From Tepidisphaeraceae bacterium (GTDB lineage Bacteria; Planctomycetota; Phycisphaerae; Tepidisphaerales; Tepidisphaeraceae), in the NCBI GenBank assembly GCA_050012375.1, contig JBEKHH010000012.1, positions 27,881 through 91,880 of the forward strand: a stretch of 64,000 nucleotides of DNA, written 5' to 3'. The notes under the pieces are model-generated. The model saw only the letters and a program-made list of their open reading frames with translations. It did no database searches and had not been told where the DNA came from. Shown piece by piece: positions 55,863-64,000 of this stretch (positions are counted from its first letter, which is position 1; each line of letters opens with the position of its first letter). The translations under genes and the position numbers were made by a program.

Positions 55863-58640
55863 GTGATGCGGCGGCCACGGATGCCCGGTAATTCGAGGAA
55901 AGCCATGCCCAGCTCACAATTCAATGACCCGTCCGAGTGCACCAGCCATGCCATGCGAGAGCAACTGTTGTTGCTCGATGCCGACCTTTGCGTCAAGGCT
56001 GCTAGCAAGTCGTTCTACGCCGCGTTCAAGCTCGGACCCGACCAGATGCTCGGGAGAAAGCTCGCCGATCTCGGCAACGGCCAGTGGAACATCCCGGCCC
56101 TCCTGACGCTTTTGAATGAACTGCCGGAGACGGACGGCGAGTTTGACGATCTTGAGGTGGATCATGATTTCCCGGCGCTGGGGCGACGGACGATGCTGGT
56201 CCGCGCGCGGCGGCTATCAGGTGAGGACGCTCAAAGTGGAATGATCCTGCTGTCCATCTGCGATATCACCGGACACAAGCGTATCGAAGCGGAAGTCGGC
56301 GAGTTGCTCACCCGGTTCCGCACGACCTTGGCCAGCATCGGCGACGCCGTCATCGTCACCGACCCCCAAACCCGCATCACATTCATGAACCCCACCGCCG
56401 AAAGGCTCACGGGGTGGAGCCAGAACGATGCGTTGCAAAAGCCCCTGACGGACATCTTCAATATCGTGAACGAGCAACCCTCCCGGGAGGTGGAGAATCC
56501 TGTCGTGAAAGCGATCCGCGAGGGCGCGATCGTCGGTCTGGCCAACCACACGGTCCTCATCGCCCGTGATGGCACCGAGCTGCCGATCGATGACAGCGCC
56601 GCTCCCATCCTGGACGTCGCCGGGCGCGTCGTCGGGGTCGTGCTGGTTTTCCATGACATCAGCAATCGACGGACGGCGGAACTTGAATTGGAGATTTCAG
56701 AAGTCCGCTACCGACGCCTCTTTGAGTCGGCGCACGACGGCATCCTTATCCTCGATGCCGGGACCGCCAAGGTGCTCGACGTCAATCGCTTCATGGTGGA
56801 TCTGCTTGGCTATACCCGCGAACACTTTATGGGAAAGGAGCTATGGGAGATCGGCGTCTTCAAGGACGCCGAGAGTTCCAAGGCCGCGATGGCGACGCTG
56901 CAAAGGCTCGGCAGAATCCGCTATGAGGATCTTCCACTGGAACATAAGGACGGCCGGCATATCCCCGTCGAGTTCGTCAGCAACGTCTACCGGGAAGGGA
57001 AGCGGAACGTAATTCAGTGCAACATTCGCGACATCACCGAGCGCAAACACGCCGAGCGGGAGTTGGCCAAAGCCAAGGAAGACGCCGAGGCCGCCAACCG
57101 GTCCAAGAGCGAGTTCCTGGCCAATATGAGCCATGAGATCCGCACGCCGATGAGCGCCATCCTGGGATTTGCGGACATGCTGTTGCACAACCACCAGGAC
57201 GAAGCCGGACAGATCGAATGCATCCAGATCATCCGGCGCAACGCCTTGCACCTTCTCGAGCTGATCAACGAAATCCTCGACCTCTCCAAGATCGAAGCGC
57301 TGCAGATGACCGTCGAGCACATCGCCTGCAACATACCCGAGCTGTTCTCCGAGATCATCTCGCTTATGCGGCCAAGGGCGTTGGAAAAGGGACTGGAGTT
57401 GGGAATCCTGTTCGAGGGCCCGATCCCGCGCCTGATTCAGACCGACCCCACGCGACTGCGGCAGATCCTGCTCAATCTGCTCGGCAACGCCGTCAAGTTC
57501 ACCCGAACCGGAAAGATCGACATTCGGATCAGCGACGAAGCAGCCGGTAGCCCGAATATTTTGCTGCGCGTGGACGTGATCGACAGCGGGATCGGCATGG
57601 CGCCGGCAGTAGTCGCCCGGCTATTTAAGCCATTCACCCAGGGCGACGAATCGATCACACGCAAGTTCGGCGGGACCGGATTGGGCCTCACCATCAGCCG
57701 GACGCTCGCCAAGCTCCTGAATGGAGATATCAGCGTCACCTCCGAGGTCGGGATCGGAAGCACGTTCACGCTGAAAATCGACGGCGGGCCGTCCGCGGGG
57801 GTGGAGATGCTGCAAGACCTGACCGAAGCGACATTGCCGGTGCAACCGGGTGGCGCGGTGAATCACAACATCGTCCTCAGCGGGCGCATTCTTCTGGCCG
57901 AGGACGGACACGACAACCAGCGGCTGCTGCGCATGCAACTGCGCGACGCGGGCGCGGTGGTGTTCGGTGCCGAGGACGGGCAGATCGCCGTTGATCGGGC
58001 AACGACGCAGCCGTTCGATCTGATCCTGATGGACATGCAGATGCCCGTCATGGACGGCTACGCCGCCACCGCCGAGCTGCGTCGCAGGGGATTGAAGATA
58101 CCGATCATTGCGCTCACGGCGTACGCGATGGCCGAAGACCGCGCCAAATGTCTCGCAAGCGGATGCGACGATTACCTCAGCAAACCCGTAAAAGAGGAGA
58201 CACTCTTGAAGACCGTCAATCAATATCTCGGAAATGCTCCCTCACTGGCGCGCGACGAGGGCGGAGGCGTCGCCGGATCAGAGCCGCCGCGCCGCGCCGC
58301 CGATGGTCCCGGCACGATCAAGAGCAGCCTCGCGGACAACCCGCGCATGCACGCGATCATCCCTGAATTTGTCAGCGGGCTTCCCGGCGAGGTGCGAAAG
58401 ATGAACGATCTGCTGGCGCAAAACGATCTGGCCGCGTTGGAGAAGGTCGTCCATCAGCTTCGTGGGGCGAGCGGCGGATACGGCTTTGACCCCCTTACCG
58501 AGCCCGCCACCCGGGTCGAAGAATCGATCAAGGCGGGCAAGGCCCTGGAGTCCATCGCCGCCGAGATCAAATCGCTGATCGAGGTAATCCGTCGGATCGA
58601 TGGATACGACGAATCGAAAGCGTCCGTCGCTGCCGAGTAA
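55863..58640 (+). CDS. hybrid sensor histidine kinase: PAS x3, HisKA, HATPase, REC, Hpt
   Basis: H-box MSHEIRTPMSAILGF, GGTGLGLTIS, REC DLILMDMQMPVMDG..KP, and C-terminal Hpt VHQLRGASGGYGF. Start is ambiguous: GTG 55863, ATG 55866 or ATG 55905. Confidence 0.9.
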   Translation: MMRRPRMPGNSRKAMPSSQFNDPSECTSHAMREQLLLLDADLCVKAASKSFYAAFKLGPDQMLGRKLADLGNGQWNIPALLTLLNELPETDGEFDDLEVDHDFPALGRRTMLVRARRLSGEDAQSGMILLSICDITGHKRIEAEVGELLTRFRTTLASIGDAVIVTDPQTRITFMNPTAERLTGWSQNDALQKPLTDIFNIVNEQPSREVENPVVKAIREGAIVGLANHTVLIARDGTELPIDDSAAPILDVAGRVVGVVLVFHDISNRRTAELELEISEVRYRRLFESAHDGILILDAGTAKVLDVNRFMVDLLGYTREHFMGKELWEIGVFKDAESSKAAMATLQRLGRIRYEDLPLEHKDGRHIPVEFVSNVYREGKRNVIQCNIRDITERKHAERELAKAKEDAEAANRSKSEFLANMSHEIRTPMSAILGFADMLLHNHQDEAGQIECIQIIRRNALHLLELINEILDLSKIEALQMTVEHIACNIPELFSEIISLMRPRALEKGLELGILFEGPIPRLIQTDPTRLRQILLNLLGNAVKFTRTGKIDIRISDEAAGSPNILLRVDVIDSGIGMAPAVVARLFKPFTQGDESITRKFGGTGLGLTISRTLAKLLNGDISVTSEVGIGSTFTLKIDGGPSAGVEMLQDLTEATLPVQPGGAVNHNIVLSGRILLAEDGHDNQRLLRMQLRDAGAVVFGAEDGQIAVDRATTQPFDLILMDMQMPVMDGYAATAELRRRGLKIPIIALTAYAMAEDRAKCLASGCDDYLSKPVKEETLLKTVNQYLGNAPSLARDEGGGVAGSEPPRRAADGPGTIKSSLADNPRMHAIIPEFVSGLPGEVRKMNDLLAQNDLAALEKVVHQLRGASGGYGFDPLTEPATRVEESIKAGKALESIAAEIKSLIEVIRRIDGYDESKASVAAE

Positions 58641-58693
58641 CCCGCGAAAAAACCGCTGCCTGTGGCGGGCGACGGCGCATTTTCTCCCCTCCG

Positions 58694-58731
58694 GAAGACA
58701 CCGACCGTAACTGGCGGTGTCTTCTTTTTTT
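58694..58731 (+). terminator. rho-independent terminator after the hybrid kinase
   Basis: 10-bp stem GAAGACACCG / CGGTGTCTTC (58694..58703 and 58715..58724) followed by T7 (58725..58731). Confidence 0.8.
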
Positions 58732-58750
58732 CAACGCGCCGCGCATCGAG

Positions 58751-59662
58751 TTACGCCGCGACTGTCCGCGGTATAGGCTGGGGCGGAGCGATCGAGACGC
58801 GATCGCGTCCGTGTTCCTTCGATTGGTAGAGCGCCTGATCGGCTCGCTCCAGCATCAAGCGGTCAAAGGTGCCGGCGGCCTCGGCGACGCCGAAGCTGCA
58901 CGTCACGGTGATAGATTCGCCCTTTTGCCGGAACGGAATCTTCGCTATGGCCAGGCGCATCCGCTCGGCGAGCAGAGCCGCCTGGTCGGCCGAGGTGCGC
59001 GGCGCAAGAACGACGAACTCTTCGCCGCCATGGCGGCACGCGACGTCCTCGACTCGACAGATTTCGGTGAGCGCTTCCCCGATTTTGCTCAGCACGTGAT
59101 CGCCGAACGGGTGGCCATACCGGTCGTTGATGTCCTTGAAGTGATCCACGTCCAGCACGATGCACGAAAGCGGACTGCCGGAACGGATTCGCATCGCCAC
59201 TTCCGCCGTGAACCGCTCGTCGAACATTGCGCGGTTTCCAAGGCCGGTCAGCGGGTCGATCAGCGCCTTTTCCTCCAGCAATCGGATCAGGTGGCTCGTG
59301 CGCAGCGCGGCGCGGACCCGTGACAGCAATTCCGAGAGCTTGAACGGCTTTGTCACGTAGTCGTTCGCGCCCAGGTTCAGCCCGCACACCATTTCTTCCG
59401 TCGCCGTCCGCGCGGTCAGGAAGATGATCGGGAGGCTGGCCGTGGCGGGGTCGGCCTTGAGCCGGCGACAGGTCTCAAATCCGTCCACGCCGGGCATCTC
59501 CACGTCGAGCAGGATTAGATCCGGCCGCAATGACGCCGCCAGGGCGAGGCCGTACTCCGCGTCCAATGCCGAATGGATCGTCACCGGCTCGTTGGCGAGC
59601 AAGGATGTGACCAGCGGATGAATCAACTTTGAATCGTCAATAAGAAGAATCTGTTGATGCAT
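58751..59662 (-). CDS. response-regulator diguanylate cyclase (REC-GGDEF)
   Basis: REC domain (ILLIDDS.., DLILLDVEMPGVDG, KP) followed by a GGDEF domain with DPLTGLGNR and RHGGEEFVVL. Confidence 0.9.
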   Translation of the reverse strand: MHQQILLIDDSKLIHPLVTSLLANEPVTIHSALDAEYGLALAASLRPDLILLDVEMPGVDGFETCRRLKADPATASLPIIFLTARTATEEMVCGLNLGANDYVTKPFKLSELLSRVRAALRTSHLIRLLEEKALIDPLTGLGNRAMFDERFTAEVAMRIRSGSPLSCIVLDVDHFKDINDRYGHPFGDHVLSKIGEALTEICRVEDVACRHGGEEFVVLAPRTSADQAALLAERMRLAIAKIPFRQKGESITVTCSFGVAEAAGTFDRLMLERADQALYQSKEHGRDRVSIAPPQPIPRTVAA

Positions 59663-59861
59663 TTCTACTCCGAGGAAATGTCGCCATTATGTAATGTTTT
59701 ACCAACAGAGGCTGCAGCCCATTCAATCAGGCTTTCCACCTCTTTCGTCCGGGAATTGCGATGTCATTAGCCGGAAATTTGGCGAATCGAATTTAATTCC
59801 GCGGGCAACGCTCAGGGCGACCAATTCGTGGCCGCAACGGACACAAGCGCCGCCGGGAAAT

Positions 59862-60060
59862 TCAAAGGGATCGGGAGGGCGCTGTTGAAAACCGCTGTAA
59901 AGCTAGGGCCGGATTGTGAGTAATGACCTTCAACACCAACTCCCGGCAGCGGTCCCAACAGGTTCTTGCTCGTAGTTCCGATCCCAGCTTCCGCTTGAGC
60001 ATCCAGAAGACCGTCTCCACATCCGGGCGATTGCGGTAGGCTTCGAAGCCGCAGGGGACA
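59862..60060 (-). mobile_element. C-terminal remnant of an IS4/IS5-superfamily DDE transposase
   Basis: ..YRNRPDVETVFWMLKRKLGSELRARTCWDRCRELVLKVITHN.. matches the (S/V)ET-F-x2-(L/I)KR-x-G conserved tail of these transposases. There is no catalytic core and I recognised no terminal repeats. Confidence 0.5.
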
Positions 60061-60231
60061 TCACTGATCAATCCGCCACCGGGCCAATGGCGCGCGAGTC
60101 CATCCAATCAATCCCCTAACAAAAGGTTCTATTGGGGTTCTGTCACCCCGATTTGATTTTGCGTGAAACCGGACGTTGCAACAGCGCACCCGTTCGGGTA
60201 AATGACGGATACCCAACTTGGAGGAATTACC

Positions 60232-60804
60232 ATGAATAGGTTCGCTGTCAGCCTCATTGCCATCGTCGTTACCCTCTTCAGCGCGACGCCGCTGATGGCA
60301 CAGCAGAAACGCTTGAGCCCTCATGAAACCATCAGTTCGGTTATCGATGGCAACCGGGTCATGATCGTCTACGGGCGTCCGTACACCAAAAATCCCAGGA
60401 CCGGAGAGGTCCGCAAAATCTGGGGCGGCCTGGTGCCCTATGGAAAGGTCTGGCGCACGGGCGCAGATGAAGCGACGCTTTTCATTACTCAGCAGCCGCT
60501 CCTCATCGGCGGCGCGACGGTTCCGGCCGGGGCTTATACGCTCTGGACTTTGCCCAATGACGATGGCACTGCCAAACTGATCATCAACAAGCAGATCGGC
60601 CAGTGGGGAGTGGATCCCCGCGAGCCGTCGAATGCGTATGACGAAAAGCAGGATTTGGTGCGCGTCGACCTGAAGAACGACGCCCTGGATAAATCAGTGG
60701 ATCAGTTCACCATGGCGGTGGCGAAAAACCCGGCGGGCGGCGGCTTGATCACATTGTCGTGGGAAAACACCCAGTTCTCCGTGCCGTTTGTCGTGCAAAA
60801 ATAG
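60232..60804 (+). CDS. DUF2911-family secreted protein
   Basis: GGAGGA SD and a signal peptide. Motifs ..IVYGRPY.., GGLVPYGKVWRTGADEAT and PAGAYTLWTLP, as I recall for DUF2911. Confidence 0.7.
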   Translation: MNRFAVSLIAIVVTLFSATPLMAQQKRLSPHETISSVIDGNRVMIVYGRPYTKNPRTGEVRKIWGGLVPYGKVWRTGADEATLFITQQPLLIGGATVPAGAYTLWTLPNDDGTAKLIINKQIGQWGVDPREPSNAYDEKQDLVRVDLKNDALDKSVDQFTMAVAKNPAGGGLITLSWENTQFSVPFVVQK

Positions 60805-60821
60805 TGCCTCCTTCGACGGGG

Positions 60822-63386
60822 ATGAATACAACCTTTTCATCGACAGCGTATCGCCGATGCACCCATTGGCTGTTTTGCCTTATCGCGGCCGGCGCGTGCC
60901 TTGCCACGGGACAAGCGGGCGACGCCCCAGCCGCCGAGACGACGCCGGCTATCCTGCAAGACCTGCGCAGCTTTGACGAACTGGGCAGCGTGCTTTATGT
61001 CGCGGCGCATCCTGACGACGAAAACACGCAACTGATTACATATCTCGCGAGCGGCCGCGGGTATCGCACCGCCTATCTTTCGCTCACGCGCGGCGACGGC
61101 GGCCAAAACGTGCTGGGCCCGGAACTCGGCGATGAACTCGGCGTCATCCGCACCCAGGAACTGCTCGCCGCCAGGCGCATCGACGGCGGTCAGCAATTCT
61201 TCAGCCGAGCCCGCGATTTCGGCTATTCCAAGGACTTTCGCCAGACCCTCACCAAATGGGATCATCAGCAGGTGCTGTCGGATATTGTGCGCGTCATCCG
61301 CTCGTTCAGACCCGATGTCGTGATCACGCGGTTTTCCACGTTGCCGGGTCCGACGCACGGCCACCACACCGCCTCGGCAATCCTCGCCCTGGAGGCTTTC
61401 AAAATCTCCGGCGATTCCCACGCCTTTCCCGAGCAACTCGGGACCCTCACCTGCTGGCAACCGAAACGCATCTTTCTGAACGGATTTGGCGTCGGATTCA
61501 GACGCGCCGATCAGGTGGTTCCCGGCGCTGCCACCGCTCCAGGCGCCGCTGCGCTGCGCATCGACATCAGCGGTAGCGATCCGGTGCTCGGATTGTCCTT
61601 CGGCCAGATTGCCGCCCTCAGCCGATCCATGCACAAGACGCAAGGCTTCGCGAACTTTACCGGTGGCGGCAATCGAGGACCGAGATATGAATCATTCCAA
61701 CTCCTCGGCGGCGAACCGGCTGCCAAGGACATCCTCGACGGCGTAGTCACGAGTTGGGACCGCGTGAGCGGCGGCGCTGAAATCGGCCGGATGACTGACG
61801 ACGCGATTGCGCGGTTCAATCCGCGGGATCCGGCCGCCAGCGTGCCGGCGTTGCTGGAAATAAGAAGCCGGCTGACCGCCCTGCCTGCCGACCCGTTGGT
61901 GGACGACAAGCGCCGGCAGCTTGACCGCATTCTCCAAGCGTGCCTTGGCCTCGATGTGGAGACCGTCGTGCCGCAGGCCGAAGTCGTGCCCGGGGAGCCG
62001 CTAAAACTTCGACATACCGCAATCGTGCGCTCGAATACTCCGGTGCGATGGTTGGCGGTGCGCTATCCGAGCGTTGGCAAAAGTCTGAGCGACACCGCAA
62101 TCCCGCTGACGGCGAATAACGCCGCTACGCGGGATTCAAGCCAGATGCTGCCCGCCAATACCCCGTTGAGCCAGCCGTATTGGCTGCGAGAAGAGGGGAC
62201 GGAGGGGATGTTCCGGGTGGATGATCCTTCGCTGATCGGTCGGCCGGAGAATCCGCCCGCGTTTCCGGTCCAGCAGGTCTTTGAAGTTGGTGGCCAGACG
62301 TTGATTATCCCGGACGAGCCTATCCAGATCACAACGGACGCCGCCAAAGTCGAAACCCGCCGGCGGCTGGATGTGATCCCGCCGGTTTCCCTCAGTTTCG
62401 CGTCGGATGTTCAACTCTTCGCTCCGGGCGCAACGCGTCCGGTGACGGTGCGCTTCGCCGCCTTCCGCGCAGATGTCGCAGGCACGCTGCAATTGGACGC
62501 GCCAACGGGCTGGACTGTCGCGCCAGCGCAGCAATCGTTTGATCTCCACGCGGTCGGAGATCGGGCGGCGCTGGCGTTCATGGTCAGCGCGCCGCCGCAG
62601 CCGACGACGGCCAGCATCATCGCCCGCGCCCAGGTCCACGGCGCGAGCTATGACAATCAACGTGTTGAAATTCGCTACAGCCACATCCCCGTGCAACTGC
62701 TGCAGCCGCCAGCGCGATTGAAGGCGGTTTGCCTCGATCTGGCGATTCAAGGCCGTCAAGTCGGCTACCTGCCGGGGGCCGGCGACAGTGTCGCCCAGGA
62801 CCTTGAGCAAATGGGCTGCACGGTGACGCTCCTCACCGGCGCGGACCTCACGCCCCAGCGGCTCCGCGGTTTCGATGACGTGGTGATCGGCATTCGCGCG
62901 TTCAATGTTCGGACCGATCTCGCGCCGGGCCTGCCGGCACTTTTTGCCTACGTCGAGGCCGGCGGCAATGTCATCGTGCAATACAACACTCCGAGCGAAC
63001 TCAAAACCACGCGACTTGCCCCGTACGACCTCAAGCTCTCGCGTGATCTTCCCCACAATCGCGTGACCGACGAAAAGGCTCCGATCACGCTGCTTGTCCC
63101 CGATCATCCGGCCTTCACCACACCCAATCGCATCGTCCCCGCCGATTTCGACGGCTGGGTGCAGGAACGCGGCCTGAATTTCCCAAGCCAATGGGACACC
63201 GCTCACTTCACGGCGTTGCTCGCCTGCAATGACGCCGGCGAGGCGCCATTGAAAGGCGGTTTGCTGGTCGCGCGCGATGGACGAGGATATTTCGTCTACA
63301 CCGCCCTCTCTTGGTTCCGGCAACTCCCCGCCGGAGTGCCCGGGGCATACAGGCTCTTCGCGAACCTGCTTTCGCTGGGAAAATGA
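60822..63386 (+). CDS. large PIG-L/LmbE-family deacetylase with C-terminal extension domains
   Basis: Signal-like N-terminus, then AAHPDDENT and LTRGDGGQN (LmbE zinc site). About 600 further residues end in a Rossmann/GATase-like region. Confidence 0.8.
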   Translation: MNTTFSSTAYRRCTHWLFCLIAAGACLATGQAGDAPAAETTPAILQDLRSFDELGSVLYVAAHPDDENTQLITYLASGRGYRTAYLSLTRGDGGQNVLGPELGDELGVIRTQELLAARRIDGGQQFFSRARDFGYSKDFRQTLTKWDHQQVLSDIVRVIRSFRPDVVITRFSTLPGPTHGHHTASAILALEAFKISGDSHAFPEQLGTLTCWQPKRIFLNGFGVGFRRADQVVPGAATAPGAAALRIDISGSDPVLGLSFGQIAALSRSMHKTQGFANFTGGGNRGPRYESFQLLGGEPAAKDILDGVVTSWDRVSGGAEIGRMTDDAIARFNPRDPAASVPALLEIRSRLTALPADPLVDDKRRQLDRILQACLGLDVETVVPQAEVVPGEPLKLRHTAIVRSNTPVRWLAVRYPSVGKSLSDTAIPLTANNAATRDSSQMLPANTPLSQPYWLREEGTEGMFRVDDPSLIGRPENPPAFPVQQVFEVGGQTLIIPDEPIQITTDAAKVETRRRLDVIPPVSLSFASDVQLFAPGATRPVTVRFAAFRADVAGTLQLDAPTGWTVAPAQQSFDLHAVGDRAALAFMVSAPPQPTTASIIARAQVHGASYDNQRVEIRYSHIPVQLLQPPARLKAVCLDLAIQGRQVGYLPGAGDSVAQDLEQMGCTVTLLTGADLTPQRLRGFDDVVIGIRAFNVRTDLAPGLPALFAYVEAGGNVIVQYNTPSELKTTRLAPYDLKLSRDLPHNRVTDEKAPITLLVPDHPAFTTPNRIVPADFDGWVQERGLNFPSQWDTAHFTALLACNDAGEAPLKGGLLVARDGRGYFVYTALSWFRQLPAGVPGAYRLFANLLSLGK

Positions 63387-63541
63387 TGCCCACGACTACA
63401 CCGAATCAACCCGGCGCAACTGAAAGCGAAATGACCGGCCTGCCCGGACTTCGCACTTGGCGCAGGGTTTACCTGCTCGTGGCCGCTGTTTTTGTCGTTT
63501 GGGTCGGACTCCTCGTCGCGCTAGCGAGAATCTTTTCGTGA
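63383..63541 (+). CDS. 52-aa single-TM protein coupled to the symporter
   Basis: ATGA overlap with the PIG-L stop and GTGA overlap with the symporter start. One hydrophobic helix: VYLLVAAVFVVWVGLLVALA. Confidence 0.45.
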   Translation: MMPTTTPNQPGATESEMTGLPGLRTWRRVYLLVAAVFVVWVGLLVALARIFS

Positions 63542-64000
63542 ACGCGATCGATTACCTCGTTCTGCTCGGAACGTTGCTCGGCATCGCCGTCTACGGCATT
63601 TGGCGGACGCGCGGCCGGCGCGATCTCAAAACCTATATTAAAGGGGACGGAAACACGCGATGGATCGTGATCGGCCTGTCCGTCATGGCCACCCAGGCGA
63701 GCGCCATTACGTTTCTCTCCACGCCGGGACAAGGTTATGACGGCGGCCTTGGCTTCCTGCAAAACTATTTCGGCGCGCCGTTCGCGCTGATCATCATCGC
63801 GGCCGTTTTCCTGCCCATCTATCGGCGTCTGAATGTGTACACCGCCTACGAGTTCCTCGGGCGGCGATTCGATTCCAAGACGCGACTGCTCGGCGCGGCC
63901 CTGTTTCTCGTCCAGCGCGGGCTGGGCGCGGGAATCACGATCTATGCGCCGGCCATCGTTCTCTCCACCGTCATGGGTTGGCGCCTCGACGTCACCATCA
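63538..64000 (+). CDS. sodium:solute symporter (SSS) family transporter, 3' end cut by window edge
   Basis: My own translation from GTG 63538: VNAIDYLVLLGTLLGIAVYGIW..WIVIGLSVMATQASAITFLSTPGQGY..LNVYTAYEFLGRRFD.. The frame is open to the window end. Confidence 0.8.
   Translation, partial: MNAIDYLVLLGTLLGIAVYGIWRTRGRRDLKTYIKGDGNTRWIVIGLSVMATQASAITFLSTPGQGYDGGLGFLQNYFGAPFALIIIAAVFLPIYRRLNVYTAYEFLGRRFDSKTRLLGAALFLVQRGLGAGITIYAPAIVLSTVMGWRLDVTI

Noticed and set aside
62136-63323. 395-aa minus-strand ORF opposite the PIG-L deacetylase gene
   Set aside because: Antisense GC-rich frame artefact with Arg-rich low-information composition. The sense-strand gene has clear family motifs.
1-64000. CRISPR arrays, tRNA genes and rRNA genes
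   Set aside because: I saw no regularly spaced direct repeats, no tRNA T-loop/acceptor signatures, and no rRNA-like conserved blocks in any intergenic region. This was an inspection by eye only, so tRNAscan, Infernal and CRISPR-finder runs should confirm it.

Overview
GC-rich, densely coding bacterial chromosomal segment of about 62 genes. I found no rRNA, tRNA or CRISPR array by eye, and lineage cannot be assigned from sequence alone. Left part: trpBA, an ECF sigma/anti-sigma pair, ilvD and an amine oxidase. A long minus-strand array follows (16.5 kb down to 7.6 kb): two degenerate HypB-like GTPases, a Cys-rich protein, a TPCP-motif P-type ATPase, and a six-gene NrfC/NrfD + two c-type cytochromes + porin-like operon with no catalytic subunit. 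Middle: a Pat-like acetyltransferase overlapping a PAS-kinase/NarL pair, and a dynamin-like GTPase with a Cys/His-rich partner. Then come eno, pdxH, hppA, adk (fused to a decayed PP2C remnant) and nifJ (PFOR) with a DHOD-like gene. These lie divergent from a complete hypFCDE-hoxEFUYH-hoxW-hypAB-hupE cluster for a bidirectional NAD-linked [NiFe] hydrogenase. Right part: redox-stress genes and three MpsC/DUF2294 paralogues, one preceded by a structured leader containing a terminator. It also holds a hybrid kinase-Hpt, a REC-GGDEF protein, two IS remnants, DUF2911, and a PIG-L deacetylase coupled to an SSS transporter. The best candidates for undescribed biology are the orphan ATPase/HypB-like metal cassette, the catalytic-subunit-less NrfCD-cytochrome-porin operon, the leader RNA with the DUF2294/kinase/GGDEF island, and the dynamin/Cys-rich pair. 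Two frameshifts sit in homopolymer runs and may be assembly errors.
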